DNA of 64,000 nt from Tolypothrix sp. VBCCA 56010 (GCF_050875635.1 NZ_JBPAOH010000006.1:49729-113728), one strand, 5' to 3'. Positions 41,897 through 52,608 are shown, numbered from the stretch's first letter. Translations and numbers: made by a program. The notes: a model not told the origin generated them from the letters alone.

Positions 41897-43285
41897 ATGC
41901 CTACATTTAAACTGCCTGATGGTCCTCAGACTCACCCTTGGATACAGACATTTCAGTGGCTGACTCGTCCTTTAGAATATATGGAAGAGTGTACTAAACG
42001 CTATGGTGATATCTTCACCCTGAATTTTAGACAAAATTCTGCTCCTCAAGTATTCATTAGCAACCCCCAAGTGATTCAGCAGATTTTTACTACTGATCCA
42101 AAATTATTAGACTCCGGTGAGCCAGCAGGTATAAAATCCCCTTTATTAGGACAATACTCACTGATAGCGCTAGATGGAAAGCCCCACCAACGGCAAAGAA
42201 AGCTGTTGACACCGCCGTTGCATGGAGAACGGATGCAGGCTTATGGTCAGTTAATTAGTGATATTACCGAACAAGTAACTAGTCAATGGCAGGTTGGGGA
42301 AACTTTTGCAGTGCGACCGTCCATGCAAGCAATCTCTTTTCAAGTGATTTTAAAAGCTGTATTTGGTTTAGAAGATGGACCGCGCTATGAGAAACTTAAG
42401 GAACTTCTGATTGAAATCCTCAATCCCAAAGTACCTATCCTTAGAACACTGCTGTTGATTTTTCCAGCATTGCGGCAAGATTTAGGAGCGTGGAGTCCTT
42501 GGGCAAAGTACCTGCGTCTACGCTCCTCAATTAACGAACTTATCTACGCGGAAATTCGGGAACGCAAAGAAAAACTTGATTCATCTCAAACTGATATTCT
42601 ATCTTTGATGATGGCTGCTCGTGATGAAGCAGGAGAGCCAATGACAGAGGTAGAATTACGTGATGAGTTGATGACTTTGTTGGTAGCAGGTCACGAAACT
42701 ACTGCAAATACTTTATCATGGGCGCTGTACTGGATTCATCATCTGCCGCAGGTGCGTGAAAAACTTTTGCAAGAACTGGATAATTTAGGTGAACAGCCCG
42801 ATCCTAACGTTATTTTGCGCTTACCCTATTTAAATGCTGTCTGCTCGGAAACACTGCGGATTTACCCAGTCGCGATGTCAGCTTTAAATCGACTGGTAAA
42901 ATCACCATTACAAATCGGGGGATACACATTTGAGCCTGGTACTCTACTGGTTCCCTCTATTTATTTAACTCATCATCGAGAAGATTTGTATCCTCAACCA
43001 AAGCAGTTTAAGCCAGAGCGTTTTTTAGAACGTCAATTTACCCCCTATGAATACTTACCCTTTGGTGGTGGTAATCGTCGCTGTATTGGGATGGCGTTTG
43101 CCTTGTTTGAGATGAAACTGGTTTTAGCGACAATTCTGTCTGATTGGCAAATGGAACTGGCTGATAGCAAACCTGTGCAAGCAGTGCGTCATGGTCTTTT
43201 ATTTGTGCCAGCAGGAGGTGTGAAGATGGTAGTAAAGGGTAAGCGTCCTCAAAATGAGCGTGTTTTGGAGACTAGCTTGAGTTGA
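41897..43285 (+). CDS. Cytochrome P450
   Basis: It has the heme-binding loop FGGGNRRCIG, the ETLR K-helix and the AGHETT I-helix. Confidence 0.9.
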   Translation: MPTFKLPDGPQTHPWIQTFQWLTRPLEYMEECTKRYGDIFTLNFRQNSAPQVFISNPQVIQQIFTTDPKLLDSGEPAGIKSPLLGQYSLIALDGKPHQRQRKLLTPPLHGERMQAYGQLISDITEQVTSQWQVGETFAVRPSMQAISFQVILKAVFGLEDGPRYEKLKELLIEILNPKVPILRTLLLIFPALRQDLGAWSPWAKYLRLRSSINELIYAEIRERKEKLDSSQTDILSLMMAARDEAGEPMTEVELRDELMTLLVAGHETTANTLSWALYWIHHLPQVREKLLQELDNLGEQPDPNVILRLPYLNAVCSETLRIYPVAMSALNRLVKSPLQIGGYTFEPGTLLVPSIYLTHHREDLYPQPKQFKPERFLERQFTPYEYLPFGGGNRRCIGMAFALFEMKLVLATILSDWQMELADSKPVQAVRHGLLFVPAGGVKMVVKGKRPQNERVLETSLS

Positions 43286-43460
43286 TATTGAAGAGTATAA
43301 AGAGGATTTCTACTAGAAAATGTTGGAACCCTTTTAAAGGGGTTCCTGCTCTGCTTGTCCAATTCCTCACTCAGAGCGATCAAGAATACATCAGCGCTTA
43401 GAATTCAGTTTGGGCTTTCATACAAAATAATTCTCTCATTCCCAAGGACTGACTTTTTAA

Positions 43461-44228
43461 CTAAGACACAGCTTTTTTCTTCACATAAAAGGCATCTCCC
43501 CAGGATGGATGAAATGGTGTTGTTGTTGCGACACGCTTAAAGCCATGCATTTCTAGAAATTCGTCAATTTGGTAAATTATTGCACATCCCTCATATAGTT
43601 CTCTATAATTGACTTCTGTGTTGATAGCTTCAATATACTTCAAGGTGTTTATTGCTCCCTGAAAAGCTATAAGTTCAGCGCCTTGAATGTCAATGTTTAT
43701 AATATTGAAATCCGATGGTTCTAGTTGCTCTTCTTGGAGTAGGCTATCAAGTGTTTTCGACGGAACTATGACTTGATGAGTCTCTACAATAGATGGGTAA
43801 ATTTGTTTGTGATATTTCAATGGCAAAATTGAACTACTTAAATCATTTGAAGTCACATATAAAGTTGTTTTTCCATCTGAGTTAGTGATAGCACAATTGG
43901 CTGATAGAATATTACTATTATCTTTGATATTTTCTTTCATTTTATCGAATACAACAGGGTTAGCCTCAATAAAAAAAATGTTTTTGATACCCATTTCTCT
44001 ATACAAATTTATTTCTCGACCTTCATGTGCACCAATATGAATCACACCACGTGGAATCACAGAATGCTTATTACAAAGATATTTCATATCAAGCATCAAT
44101 TGTTTTCTAGTTTGTCGCCCTATCATTGGGCCAACCTGTATCTTGATAATTTTTAAGATAGTTAGTAAAAAGACAGATGGAAACAATAATAATCTGGCTA
44201 TTCTTTCTAAACGATACTTGTTTACCAT
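43461..44228 (-). CDS. FkbM-family SAM-dependent methyltransferase
   Basis: 255 aa with the FkbM core (GAHEG...FFIEANP). Confidence 0.75.
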   Translation of the reverse strand: MVNKYRLERIARLLLFPSVFLLTILKIIKIQVGPMIGRQTRKQLMLDMKYLCNKHSVIPRGVIHIGAHEGREINLYREMGIKNIFFIEANPVVFDKMKENIKDNSNILSANCAITNSDGKTTLYVTSNDLSSSILPLKYHKQIYPSIVETHQVIVPSKTLDSLLQEEQLEPSDFNIINIDIQGAELIAFQGAINTLKYIEAINTEVNYRELYEGCAIIYQIDEFLEMHGFKRVATTTPFHPSWGDAFYVKKKAVS

Positions 44229-44295
44229 TTTTTCTTGATTGATATGATTATTTTTGTCCTAAAAAACTTTCTACTTTGATTGTTTTGAAATTACT

Positions 44296-45543
44296 TCAAT
44301 TGGCAGAATCAGGAGTTTTCCATACAGAACGCCAGCCTAATGTATACAATAAGCTTTTAACAACACCAACAATGCCATCAATTTGGTAGCCCAGGTATGC
44401 CCGACTCGCCCAAATTTTGATAAAGCTTTTAGGAATATAAATACATGCACATCTGAGCATAACCCAAAGACCTTGGGTGACAAATGTAACATACAAAGCA
44501 TCACTAAAGCTCTTGAGAAACTTGGAACGTTCAGCTCCTAAATGCAAGAGCGGTTCACTGTTCCAAGGGTCAAAAACCGTGAACTTTGTGGAGAAATCTC
44601 TGTGTGGACGGACAAACATCTTTGCGTGCTCATTCAGCAGGCAAGCTGTGAAGCTGAAACTGCTGTTGCTAATACCGACCACATCACAGTTACTTAACAT
44701 AAAGAAGTCGATGTAAAATTCTATGTTTAAATTTTTCATCCTTTCTGGGAGCTTCACGTTCAAGTCTTGTGATGTCACAGGGGAAAATTTATCAAAATCG
44801 TGAATAATGCTGTCAATATCGTCACTGCACAAAAACAGAACTGGATTTTCTAATTCACTCCATATGCTGTCTAGCCAGTTGCACCACCATTTTGAGGGAA
44901 CTACAAGCGTGTACCTGGCAAGAGGCTCTCTAATAAAATCGCCTCGTCGAATGTGAATCCCAATTATCGTTTTGCCTTTAGAGTGCAGAAGATTTAGCCC
45001 ATCCTCCAACGGTGATTTCAGATCACTCACAGGTTGAAATAGTGAGCGAAAGAATTCTTTGTGTGGTCTCAAAAATCGTGTGTGTACTTGGAAGAAACCC
45101 CACATATCAACGTTGACGAGTTCTTTATCTAGAGCTTCTAATCCCACACGAGAACTTTTTGCACCTGCCAATTTTTCAATGTAAGGGATGAATTCTGGAA
45201 TCAGATCAAACATATTTTTTCCAAATTCCCAACGCTCAATCGCGGGAGGTAAATGTTTGGAGATTGGTGCATCGTCATGTCCAAAGAGAGTCTGACCAAT
45301 CCAGGGGGGACACTCCACTGTTGCTCCACTCTTCTGAGCGCATATCCGCAAGAAAGCATACTGAAAAATCTGGTTGCCGAATCGTCCTAACTGACCGAGA
45401 GAGGATATTGTCAGAACTGGCTGGCTGGATTTTGCCTCGTTTACTGAGGAGGTGTTGATGTCTTCAGCGTCTTTTTTAAAAGTATCAAACACGCTGAACA
45501 CCCTATTTGTCTCGCTATTGGTAGTATATTTCGATTTTTCCAT
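44296..45543 (-). CDS. Glycosyltransferase family 11 (alpha-1,2-fucosyltransferase-like)
   Basis: GT11 motifs: N-terminal GRFGNQIFQYAF and HIRRGD (HxRRxD). Confidence 0.7.
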   Translation of the reverse strand: MEKSKYTTNSETNRVFSVFDTFKKDAEDINTSSVNEAKSSQPVLTISSLGQLGRFGNQIFQYAFLRICAQKSGATVECPPWIGQTLFGHDDAPISKHLPPAIERWEFGKNMFDLIPEFIPYIEKLAGAKSSRVGLEALDKELVNVDMWGFFQVHTRFLRPHKEFFRSLFQPVSDLKSPLEDGLNLLHSKGKTIIGIHIRRGDFIREPLARYTLVVPSKWWCNWLDSIWSELENPVLFLCSDDIDSIIHDFDKFSPVTSQDLNVKLPERMKNLNIEFYIDFFMLSNCDVVGISNSSFSFTACLLNEHAKMFVRPHRDFSTKFTVFDPWNSEPLLHLGAERSKFLKSFSDALYVTFVTQGLWVMLRCACIYIPKSFIKIWASRAYLGYQIDGIVGVVKSLLYTLGWRSVWKTPDSAN

Positions 45544-45585
45544 TGCTTACCCTGAATTATCATGAACTACTGCCAAACACAAAAT

Positions 45586-46905
45586 TTACCCTACAGAGCT
45601 AGATACCTCATGGCTGATTTTTTCAACGAGCGTAGTTTCCACAATATCCGCAGCTTTATCTAACCCTCCAGTGCTTTTAAGTAAGACTGACATCCGATGT
45701 GCAGCTTCAGAGTAGCTTATGTTACTCAGTAGGTAATTGATTTTTCGGCGAACCTCACCACTGTCAAAATGTTGTTTGTCCAGCTTTAAAGCAGCACCTA
45801 AGTCCACAACGCGTGCGGCAAAATAGTGCTGATCTCCAAAGAAGGGTAACGCTAGAATTGGCTTTCCCCAATACAGAGCTTCGTTAATGCTGTTCATACC
45901 ACAATGACTAACAAAGGCACGAATGGTTGGATGAGAGAGAACTGCTTGTTGCGGAACAAAATCTTCAATGCGGAAAGAGGATGGTAGTGCAGGCAGAATG
46001 TGCTGTTGGTTCTTGGGTAAAGACCACAGTACCCGAAATTTATTATCGGCAAGTCCTTTTATCAATGCTTCAGCCTGCCAGGTTTCAACAGTAGCAAGAG
46101 TGCCAAAAGCAATATACACGACTCCCTCACTTTCTTTTCCTTCTTCCAACCATTTACTTAAAGAAGCGCTCAGAGGCTTAATTGTTTTTGGGAAAATTGG
46201 TCCGACTAGGTGTACAAAGGGAGGTAGTGGGCGTGGAATTTCAATGCCAAAAGCTGTCCCTACAATCATGGGATGTTGGCTAAAAGGATCGTTCAATTTT
46301 TTTTGGTTGGAACACTGGCTGCGAACCTGATTAAGCTTTCTCATAACAGGCAAAAAGTGCAACAGCAGCCAATAGGGTCTGAAGAAATTCAGACAGCGCT
46401 GCCACAGATTCATATGTACAGAATAAGATGTTCCGAAGCGAGGATATTTAGAACTAGCTGGGACAAAGTTACCCAAAAATCGAGTTTGAATTATGTAAGG
46501 CAGATTCATCTGCTGGGCTAAGTCCATCGCTGGAATAACAGCGCGATCAATGACTAGAAGATCCGGGCTATACTGCTGAAAAATAGGTTTCAGCGTTTTG
46601 TACATAGAAACATACGAATCAACAAGCCCATTTAACATGATTTTTTCACCACGCCAGATGCTGGGTTCCTGAGAACTCTTTTGCCAAATATTCTCTTTGT
46701 TGTCATCAATTCCTTCATCAGTTTTTTCCAGTCTTGGCTCCCAGGGAATAAAATGAGCGTTGGTGTTAGCGATCCATTCCCTAGCTTCTTCGGCAATAAC
46801 AAAACTGACTTGGTATCCTCTGCATACTAACTCTTGAGCTAGTGCAATCATTTGATTGACATGACCAAGTAGAGGAAGTGAAACAAACATGACATGTTTT
46901 TTCAT
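45586..46905 (-). CDS. GT1-family UDP-glycosyltransferase (MGT/CrtX-like)
   Basis: 439 aa. It has an N-terminal GT-B half with a His acceptor-binding residue (LPLLGHVNQ) and a C-terminal UDP-sugar motif (FVSHCGMNSINEAL). Confidence 0.8.
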   Translation of the reverse strand: MKKHVMFVSLPLLGHVNQMIALAQELVCRGYQVSFVIAEEAREWIANTNAHFIPWEPRLEKTDEGIDDNKENIWQKSSQEPSIWRGEKIMLNGLVDSYVSMYKTLKPIFQQYSPDLLVIDRAVIPAMDLAQQMNLPYIIQTRFLGNFVPASSKYPRFGTSYSVHMNLWQRCLNFFRPYWLLLHFLPVMRKLNQVRSQCSNQKKLNDPFSQHPMIVGTAFGIEIPRPLPPFVHLVGPIFPKTIKPLSASLSKWLEEGKESEGVVYIAFGTLATVETWQAEALIKGLADNKFRVLWSLPKNQQHILPALPSSFRIEDFVPQQAVLSHPTIRAFVSHCGMNSINEALYWGKPILALPFFGDQHYFAARVVDLGAALKLDKQHFDSGEVRRKINYLLSNISYSEAAHRMSVLLKSTGGLDKAADIVETTLVEKISHEVSSSVG

Positions 46906-47000
46906 AATTCTGTCGTTTTTTGCTTATGACTAATGCCTAAGAACAATTGACAATTAGGAATTTAAGTTAACCAAGGCATAAACAACTTTTGTTGCTGCGT

Positions 47001-48272
47001 TTAAGCCAAGACGGGCTGTCCTGTAGATACCGCCTGTTCGACTATATCAACAGCACGACTCGCTCCCCCAGCTTGACGAATAGATTCTTGCAACCTTAGA
47101 GCATTCTGCTTGTAAGATTCTTGCGTTAATACCCGCTTTATAGCCTCTCGCAGTTTAGAAACACTCAATTTGTTGACGGGGACAACTTCACCCGCCCCAG
47201 CCCAAGCGATACGCGCTGCTATCCCCGGTTGATCGTTGGCAATGGGAATGGCAACCATTGGCACACCGTTAGTTAAGCATTCTAGAGTGGTATTCATTCC
47301 TGCATGAGTAATCACCAGGGTGGTTTTTTTCAGCAATTCCAACTGGGGTGCATATTTGACAACTAAAGGCTCACCAGGTAATTTTGGCAGTGCTTCTGGT
47401 TCAAGTGAACCTCCCAAAGACATCACCAATTGAACATCCAATCCCTCACATGCTTGGGCAATATCACGGAAAACATACTGTAGTCGATTTTGTACTGTTC
47501 CCAGTGAGGCATAAATCAAGGGTTGTCCCGTCAACTTTTCATATGGAAAAGCAACAGAGTCCCGACCAACTGGACTATGATAAGGTCCTGTAAAATGAAA
47601 CCACTTGGGTAAGTGCTGTCTTGGAAATTCTAGTTCAGCAGGCTGTTGACTGATTTGAGCAAGTTGAGAGAAGCCATCACTGGAACCAGAGGGTATGGGT
47701 AAGTTCCACTCTTGGCGATACTCTGCTATCACCTGTGTGATTGGTTTGGCAATGGTTGTGAGCAACTTGTAACCGGCTTGATTGCGAAAACGCGCCCACC
47801 AAGCAGGATGATAGCGCCAGTTAGTGAAATGAGGTGGAATACTCTCTTCTCTGTTAAGAACTACAGCACTGCATACAGTAATGAAGGGAATATCGAGAAA
47901 TTCTGCAACAGCTGCTCCCCCTGGTGAAACTTGGTCTATTAACACTGCTTCCACACCTGCTGCTTTGATGGCTTTTGGTGCATCTCGAAGCATAACAACC
48001 GCTGACTCCTTAAACAGACTGATGGTATACTTCATTGCTGCTATTCCGCTCAGTTTACCAAGATTTGTCAAAGATTGTGCGATCGCCCCACTCGGAAATT
48101 CAGCTTCGCCTATCGCCCAGAATTCCAATCCTGCTGCTAGTATCTTAGGTTTAGCATCAAGCGCTCCGATGAAAGTCACACGATGACCGCGCTTTTGAAG
48201 TTCGTACCCCAAGGGGAGCATTGTGTTGAGGTGACCAGTTGATGCAGGACAGATTAACCCAAAATGAGTCAT
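47001..48272 (-). CDS. GT1-family UDP-glycosyltransferase (second copy; start chosen at MTHFGLI with an upstream AGGT)
   Basis: It has STGHLNTMLPL and the C-terminal THAGMNTTLECL motif. The ORF-track start 54 nt upstream is less likely. Confidence 0.8.
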   Translation of the reverse strand: MTHFGLICPASTGHLNTMLPLGYELQKRGHRVTFIGALDAKPKILAAGLEFWAIGEAEFPSGAIAQSLTNLGKLSGIAAMKYTISLFKESAVVMLRDAPKAIKAAGVEAVLIDQVSPGGAAVAEFLDIPFITVCSAVVLNREESIPPHFTNWRYHPAWWARFRNQAGYKLLTTIAKPITQVIAEYRQEWNLPIPSGSSDGFSQLAQISQQPAELEFPRQHLPKWFHFTGPYHSPVGRDSVAFPYEKLTGQPLIYASLGTVQNRLQYVFRDIAQACEGLDVQLVMSLGGSLEPEALPKLPGEPLVVKYAPQLELLKKTTLVITHAGMNTTLECLTNGVPMVAIPIANDQPGIAARIAWAGAGEVVPVNKLSVSKLREAIKRVLTQESYKQNALRLQESIRQAGGASRAVDIVEQAVSTGQPVLA

Positions 48273-48447
48273 AGTTACCTGAGCTTTCCCGTAATCTTTT
48301 GATAAAGTGATTAGTTCAATTATCACTACCTCATTTCTAATGGGTGTGACAGATTGTGACTTATGCAGTCTTACTTCGTCGTTATCTATCTTGAAAATCG
48401 AAACTAGCCGCCAGTAACTTTGAAAATAAGCCGATAAAAATCAGCTT

Positions 48448-49254
48448 CTACTGTAATTTCAAAAATTTATCTAAAGCTGATATCATACTGGGGGGCCATC
48501 TGCGGATATTTTTCACCCAATTAATATCTTTGTAGCGTCTATCAAGTCCTTCAGCTGCTACCCAGTTACTTTCGGCTTCACCTTGTTGTCCCTTTACCCA
48601 GTAAGCTGCGGTAAGCGCTGCACGCATATCAGCAAATTTCGGATATTTGCGGATGATGTTTTTCATCTCGCGGATCGCTTTATCTGTTTGACCGATTTGG
48701 TAGAGAGCGAGAGCGTAATTAGCACGAGCAAAGGCAAAATTTGGAGCGATTTCAGTTGACTTTTGATAATCAGCGATCGCCTCTTCCCATTCTCCTTTAC
48801 CGGCTTTCGCATTTCCGCGATTATTATACGCCATCGCATCCTTCGGGTCAAGCTCTAACAAATGATTGTAGTCAGCTAAAGCATCATCCCATCTTCCCAA
48901 GCCTTCCAACGCTGTACCGCGATTCAAATAAGGATCGGTGGCATTTGGTGCAAGTTCTATCGCTTTGTTATAATCGGCGATCGCTTCAACCAACTTATTC
49001 TGACTTACTCTCGAATTTCCTCGGTTACTCCATATTGCCGGATTCTGAGGAAATTGCTCGATAATTTCTGTCCAGTACTTTTCAGCAGTAACAAAATCAC
49101 CTTTATCAGTAGCAGCAAAAGCCTTCTTCGCTAACTCATCGCCTTTTTGTAACTGTTCTTCCGTAAATTGGGGCTGTTGAGATTCTGCCATGACTGGTTT
49201 ACCCAGTCCAAACACAAGCAACAAACTTAACAAAATAGCAATTAATTTAATCAT
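48448..49254 (-). CDS. Secreted/lipoprotein-like TPR-repeat protein
   Basis: A signal peptide is followed by five or more TPR units (AxxYNxxGxA patterns). Confidence 0.8.
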   Translation of the reverse strand: MIKLIAILLSLLLVFGLGKPVMAESQQPQFTEEQLQKGDELAKKAFAATDKGDFVTAEKYWTEIIEQFPQNPAIWSNRGNSRVSQNKLVEAIADYNKAIELAPNATDPYLNRGTALEGLGRWDDALADYNHLLELDPKDAMAYNNRGNAKAGKGEWEEAIADYQKSTEIAPNFAFARANYALALYQIGQTDKAIREMKNIIRKYPKFADMRAALTAAYWVKGQQGEAESNWVAAEGLDRRYKDINWVKNIRRWPPSMISALDKFLKLQ

Positions 49255-49286
49255 CTGCGGTTAAAATCCACAATTTATCATGACAA

Positions 49287-49414
49287 CGGGGAGGGGAGGA
49301 GTGGGGGAGGGGGAGAGGGGGGAGACAAGGGAGACAAGGGAGATGGGGGAGACAAGGAAGACAAAAAGACAAACTCCCCCTTGTCCTCCTTGTCCTCCTT
49401 GTCCTCCTTGTCCC
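49287..49414. repeat. G-rich (GGGGAGG, GAGACAAGG) / C-rich (CCTTGTCCTCCTTGTCC) palindromic repeat element
   Basis: It belongs to the same family as 14272, 25493 and 30277 and lies directly 3' of ruvB. Confidence 0.75.
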
Positions 49415-50517
49415 TACAGCAAAGACATCTGCTCATTCGGTGGTGTGAAGCCCAAATGCTTGTATGCTGCTTTTGTAGCAGTTCTACCACGGGGAGTGCG
49501 GCTTAAATAGCCAATTTGCATCAAATACGGTTCGTACACTTCTTCTATTGTTTGCGTATCTTCACCTGTTGCTGCGGCAATCGTTTCTAAACCTACAGGA
49601 CCACCATTAAATTGTTCAATTATCACACTCAACATTTTCCGGTCTGTCCAATCCAAACCGCAGGGATCTACTTGGAATAGTTGCAATGCTTCGGCGGCTA
49701 CGGTTTCGGTTATCTCACCAGATTTTTTTACTTCCGCATAATCACGCACTCGCCTTAGTAGCCTATTTCCAATTCTCGGTGTTCCTCGCGAACGACGGGC
49801 AATTTCTGTGGCACCATCTATAGTCATAGGGGTTTGGAGTAATTGAGCGGTGCGTTGTATAATCTGGGTCATTTCCTCGACTTCGTAAAATCGCAGTTTT
49901 TGCACCAAGCCGAAGCGATCGCGCAATGGTGAAGTTAAAGCACCGACACGAGTTGTTGCTCCCACCAATGTAAATTTAGAAAGTGGTATACTGCGAGTTT
50001 TCGCGCTGGAACCCTTCCCAACGGTAATATCTAAGCGATAATCTTCCATCGCTGGATAGAGAATTTCCTCAGTCATCCGCGAAAGGCGATGAATTTCGTC
50101 AATAAACAGAACATCGCCAGGTTTAAGATTCACTAATAGCCCAACAATATCTCTGGGACGTTCTAGCGCAGGCGCACTCGTGATTTTATAATTTACCCCC
50201 ATCTCTGATGCTAAAATCATTGCCATTGTGGTTTTACCCAATCCTGGCGGACCGTATAGAAGTAAGTGATCTAACACTTCACTTCTAGATTGCGCTGCTT
50301 TAATGGCAATTTCTAGCACATCTTTTAAGTCTTTTTGCCCAATGTAATCAGCAAATCGGTGTGGACGAATGCTTTCTTCTTGCTTACCTTCATCAACAGC
50401 AGCTTCGGGTTGCAAAATGTCTGGTTTTGCAGTATGCGTCTCGTGAGATTTTGGTTGTTTGTTGGGTTCTTGAGGCTGTTTTTTAGAGGAAATAATCGCC
50501 ATAATTGCTGCTATCAA
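49414..50517 (-). CDS. ruvB: Holliday junction branch-migration helicase RuvB
   Basis: It has Walker A (GPPGLGKTT), sensor motifs and a winged-helix C-terminus, plus an N-terminal low-complexity extension. Confidence 0.93.
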   Translation of the reverse strand: MIAAIMAIISSKKQPQEPNKQPKSHETHTAKPDILQPEAAVDEGKQEESIRPHRFADYIGQKDLKDVLEIAIKAAQSRSEVLDHLLLYGPPGLGKTTMAMILASEMGVNYKITSAPALERPRDIVGLLVNLKPGDVLFIDEIHRLSRMTEEILYPAMEDYRLDITVGKGSSAKTRSIPLSKFTLVGATTRVGALTSPLRDRFGLVQKLRFYEVEEMTQIIQRTAQLLQTPMTIDGATEIARRSRGTPRIGNRLLRRVRDYAEVKKSGEITETVAAEALQLFQVDPCGLDWTDRKMLSVIIEQFNGGPVGLETIAAATGEDTQTIEEVYEPYLMQIGYLSRTPRGRTATKAAYKHLGFTPPNEQMSLL

Positions 50518-50656
50518 CTTTTACTGCACGACTTCTGAGCGCCACCCACCTGTAATATGAGTATAAATACGGGTGATAAAATACGGGTTCTGAAATCAAC
50601 TCATAAGCTTTAAAATTTAATTTCCGAACAATTAAGGAAAAATTGGCAAACTTGCT

Positions 50657-51427
50657 ATGTTATCTAAAAGAATCTTACCGTGCCTTGATGTCAAGGCGGG
50701 ACGGGTTGTAAAAGGAGTTAACTTTGTCAATCTGAAGGATGCAGGCGATCCCGTAGAATTGGCAAAGGTTTACAACTCTGCTGGTGCAGATGAGTTAGTG
50801 TTTCTCGATATTACGGCGACTCATGAAGACAGAGGCATTATTCTTGATGTAGTGTATCGCACGGCTGAACAGGTGTTTATTCCTCTGACTGTGGGTGGAG
50901 GAATTCAAACCTTAGAAAATGTTAAAGCTTTGTTACGAGCGGGGGCAGACAAAGTTAGTATTAATTCTGCGGCGGTACGCGACCCAGATTTAATTAATCG
51001 GGCAAGCGATCGCTTCGGTAATCAATGCATTGTGGTTGCTATTGATGCTAGAAGCCGAAAAGACCCTGATAATCCTGGCTGGGATGTCTATGTACGAGGA
51101 GGAAGGGAAAATACGGGTAAGGATGCTCTACTTTGGGCACAAGAAGTCGAAAAACGAGGAGCAGGTGAGTTGCTGGTAACAAGTATGGATGCTGATGGTA
51201 CTCAAGCCGGATATGACCTAGATTTAACAAGCGCGATCGCCCAAACCGTCCAAATTCCAGTAATTGCATCTGGTGGCGCGGGAACATGCGAACATATTTA
51301 CGATGCTCTCACAAAAGGTAAAGCAGAAGCCGCACTACTGGCATCACTTTTACATTACGGACAATTAAGTGTAGCGGAAATTAAAAATTATTTGCGCGAT
51401 CGCTCTCTACCAGTGAGAATAGTATAG
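50657..51427 (+). CDS. hisF: Imidazole glycerol phosphate synthase cyclase subunit
   Basis: 256 aa with the conserved RILPCLDV start and a (beta/alpha)8 signature. Confidence 0.93.
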   Translation: MLSKRILPCLDVKAGRVVKGVNFVNLKDAGDPVELAKVYNSAGADELVFLDITATHEDRGIILDVVYRTAEQVFIPLTVGGGIQTLENVKALLRAGADKVSINSAAVRDPDLINRASDRFGNQCIVVAIDARSRKDPDNPGWDVYVRGGRENTGKDALLWAQEVEKRGAGELLVTSMDADGTQAGYDLDLTSAIAQTVQIPVIASGGAGTCEHIYDALTKGKAEAALLASLLHYGQLSVAEIKNYLRDRSLPVRIV

Positions 51428-51529
51428 TCATCATTTGTTTTTCTCATAACCACATCTATCTAGGGTTAGACACAGTACCTCAAAACAGTGTTAAGATTAA
51501 TAAACAAGTATTAATAAATATTAAAAAAA

Positions 51530-51721
51530 ATGTTGATTCCTATTTTAGTATTTGATGTGGCGCTGGTGGCATGGTCACTGCACCTAATGGAAAAAGCTTT
51601 TCAGCATAAAGAATTTTCTTTAATGTTGGCGGGTACATTGGTTGCTTTAGCTGCTGGGGCAATGTTAGTAGTTTATTTCCTTATGGGACACTGTATGAGC
51701 TATCTGTTGCAAGTATCTTAA
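51530..51721 (+). CDS. Hypothetical small membrane protein
   Basis: A 63-aa ORF with two hydrophobic segments. It is an ORF only. Confidence 0.25.
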   Translation: MLIPILVFDVALVAWSLHLMEKAFQHKEFSLMLAGTLVALAAGAMLVVYFLMGHCMSYLLQVS

Positions 51722-51821
51722 GATAGTCTTTCTTGCCTTTGTGTGTTTTGTGAGGTTGACATATTTACAATAATCTTGACAAAGCCGCAATTGTTAAGAT
51801 AAAATCGGAAACGCATGACAA

Positions 51822-51894
51822 GGGGGTATAGCTCAGTTGGTAGAGCGCTGCAATGGCATTGCAGAGGTCAGCGGTTCGAACCCGCTTACCTCCA
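51822..51894 (+). tRNA. tRNA-Ala (anticodon GGC)
   Basis: Manually folded cloverleaf. The acceptor stem GGGGGUA/UACCUCC includes the G3:U70 Ala identity pair. The D-arm is GCUC-AGUUGGUA-GAGC, the anticodon stem-loop is CUGCA-AUGGCAU-UGCAG, and the T-arm is AGCGG-TTCGAAC-CCGCT. CCA is not encoded. Confidence 0.9.
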
Positions 51895-51967
51895 TGAACC
51901 TCACACCCTATGTCTCTGGTTTTTATTAACAGAGAGGGTAAGGAAATTCTACAAAAATCACATATAT

Positions 51968-51997
51968 TATAGAGACGTTCCGACGGAACGTCTCTAT
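51968..51997. repeat. Palindrome TATAGAGACGTTCC-GACG-GAACGTCTCTATA; the second copy of the element at 36414
   Basis: Perfect inverted arms, about 70 bp downstream of the tRNA. Confidence 0.5.
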
Positions 51998-52110
51998 AAT
52001 ATGCATCAATGATGTAAGCGATCGCTTTTACTGATGTTGTTTTTTGTTAATTAGGAATAAGTGCAAAAAACAAGATTCCCGACTTGTTGAATAAGTCAGG
52101 AATCTGACTG

Positions 52111-52608
52111 CTACCTACATCCTAAAGACTCGCGAGTTTTTACACCAGTCTTAGAATTTACACCACTTGCTTGAGCGCAGAGTTTTTTCACTTGAATACC
52201 ATCAAGAATAGTATTGGTGAAGTCAGCACCGGTAATGTCAACGTCACTAAAAGTAGAACGCAACATCATTGCATCTGTCAAAATCGCATCACTTAAATCA
52301 GCACCTTTGAAGTCTACTAGATAAGCTATTCCTTCACTAAAATCTGCACCATGCAAATTTGCCCCTTGCAATACCGAACCATTAAAAACGCCACCGCGTA
52401 AATCAGCGTTACTAAAATTTGCTTTTTCTAGATTGACATTGGTATACTCAACCCCGATTAAACTTTGACCAGAAAAATCCTTGCCCTTGAATTCTGCATC
52501 ACCAACAGAACGGGTGATACTAGAAGAACTTGCTGCTTGTGCAGACAAGGGAAACACAAACAAAACCATAGCTAAGACAAAGCTAACTAGCAGTCGCGAA
52601 AACTTCAT
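52111..52608 (-). CDS. Secreted pentapeptide-repeat protein
   Basis: A signal peptide is followed by A(D/N)LxG-type pentapeptide repeats. Confidence 0.8.
   Translation of the reverse strand: MKFSRLLVSFVLAMVLFVFPLSAQAASSSSITRSVGDAEFKGKDFSGQSLIGVEYTNVNLEKANFSNADLRGGVFNGSVLQGANLHGADFSEGIAYLVDFKGADLSDAILTDAMMLRSTFSDVDITGADFTNTILDGIQVKKLCAQASGVNSKTGVKTRESLGCR

Noticed and set aside
51815-52012. A 65-aa ORF
   Set aside because: It overlaps the tRNA-Ala gene, so the reading frame is a consequence of the tRNA sequence.
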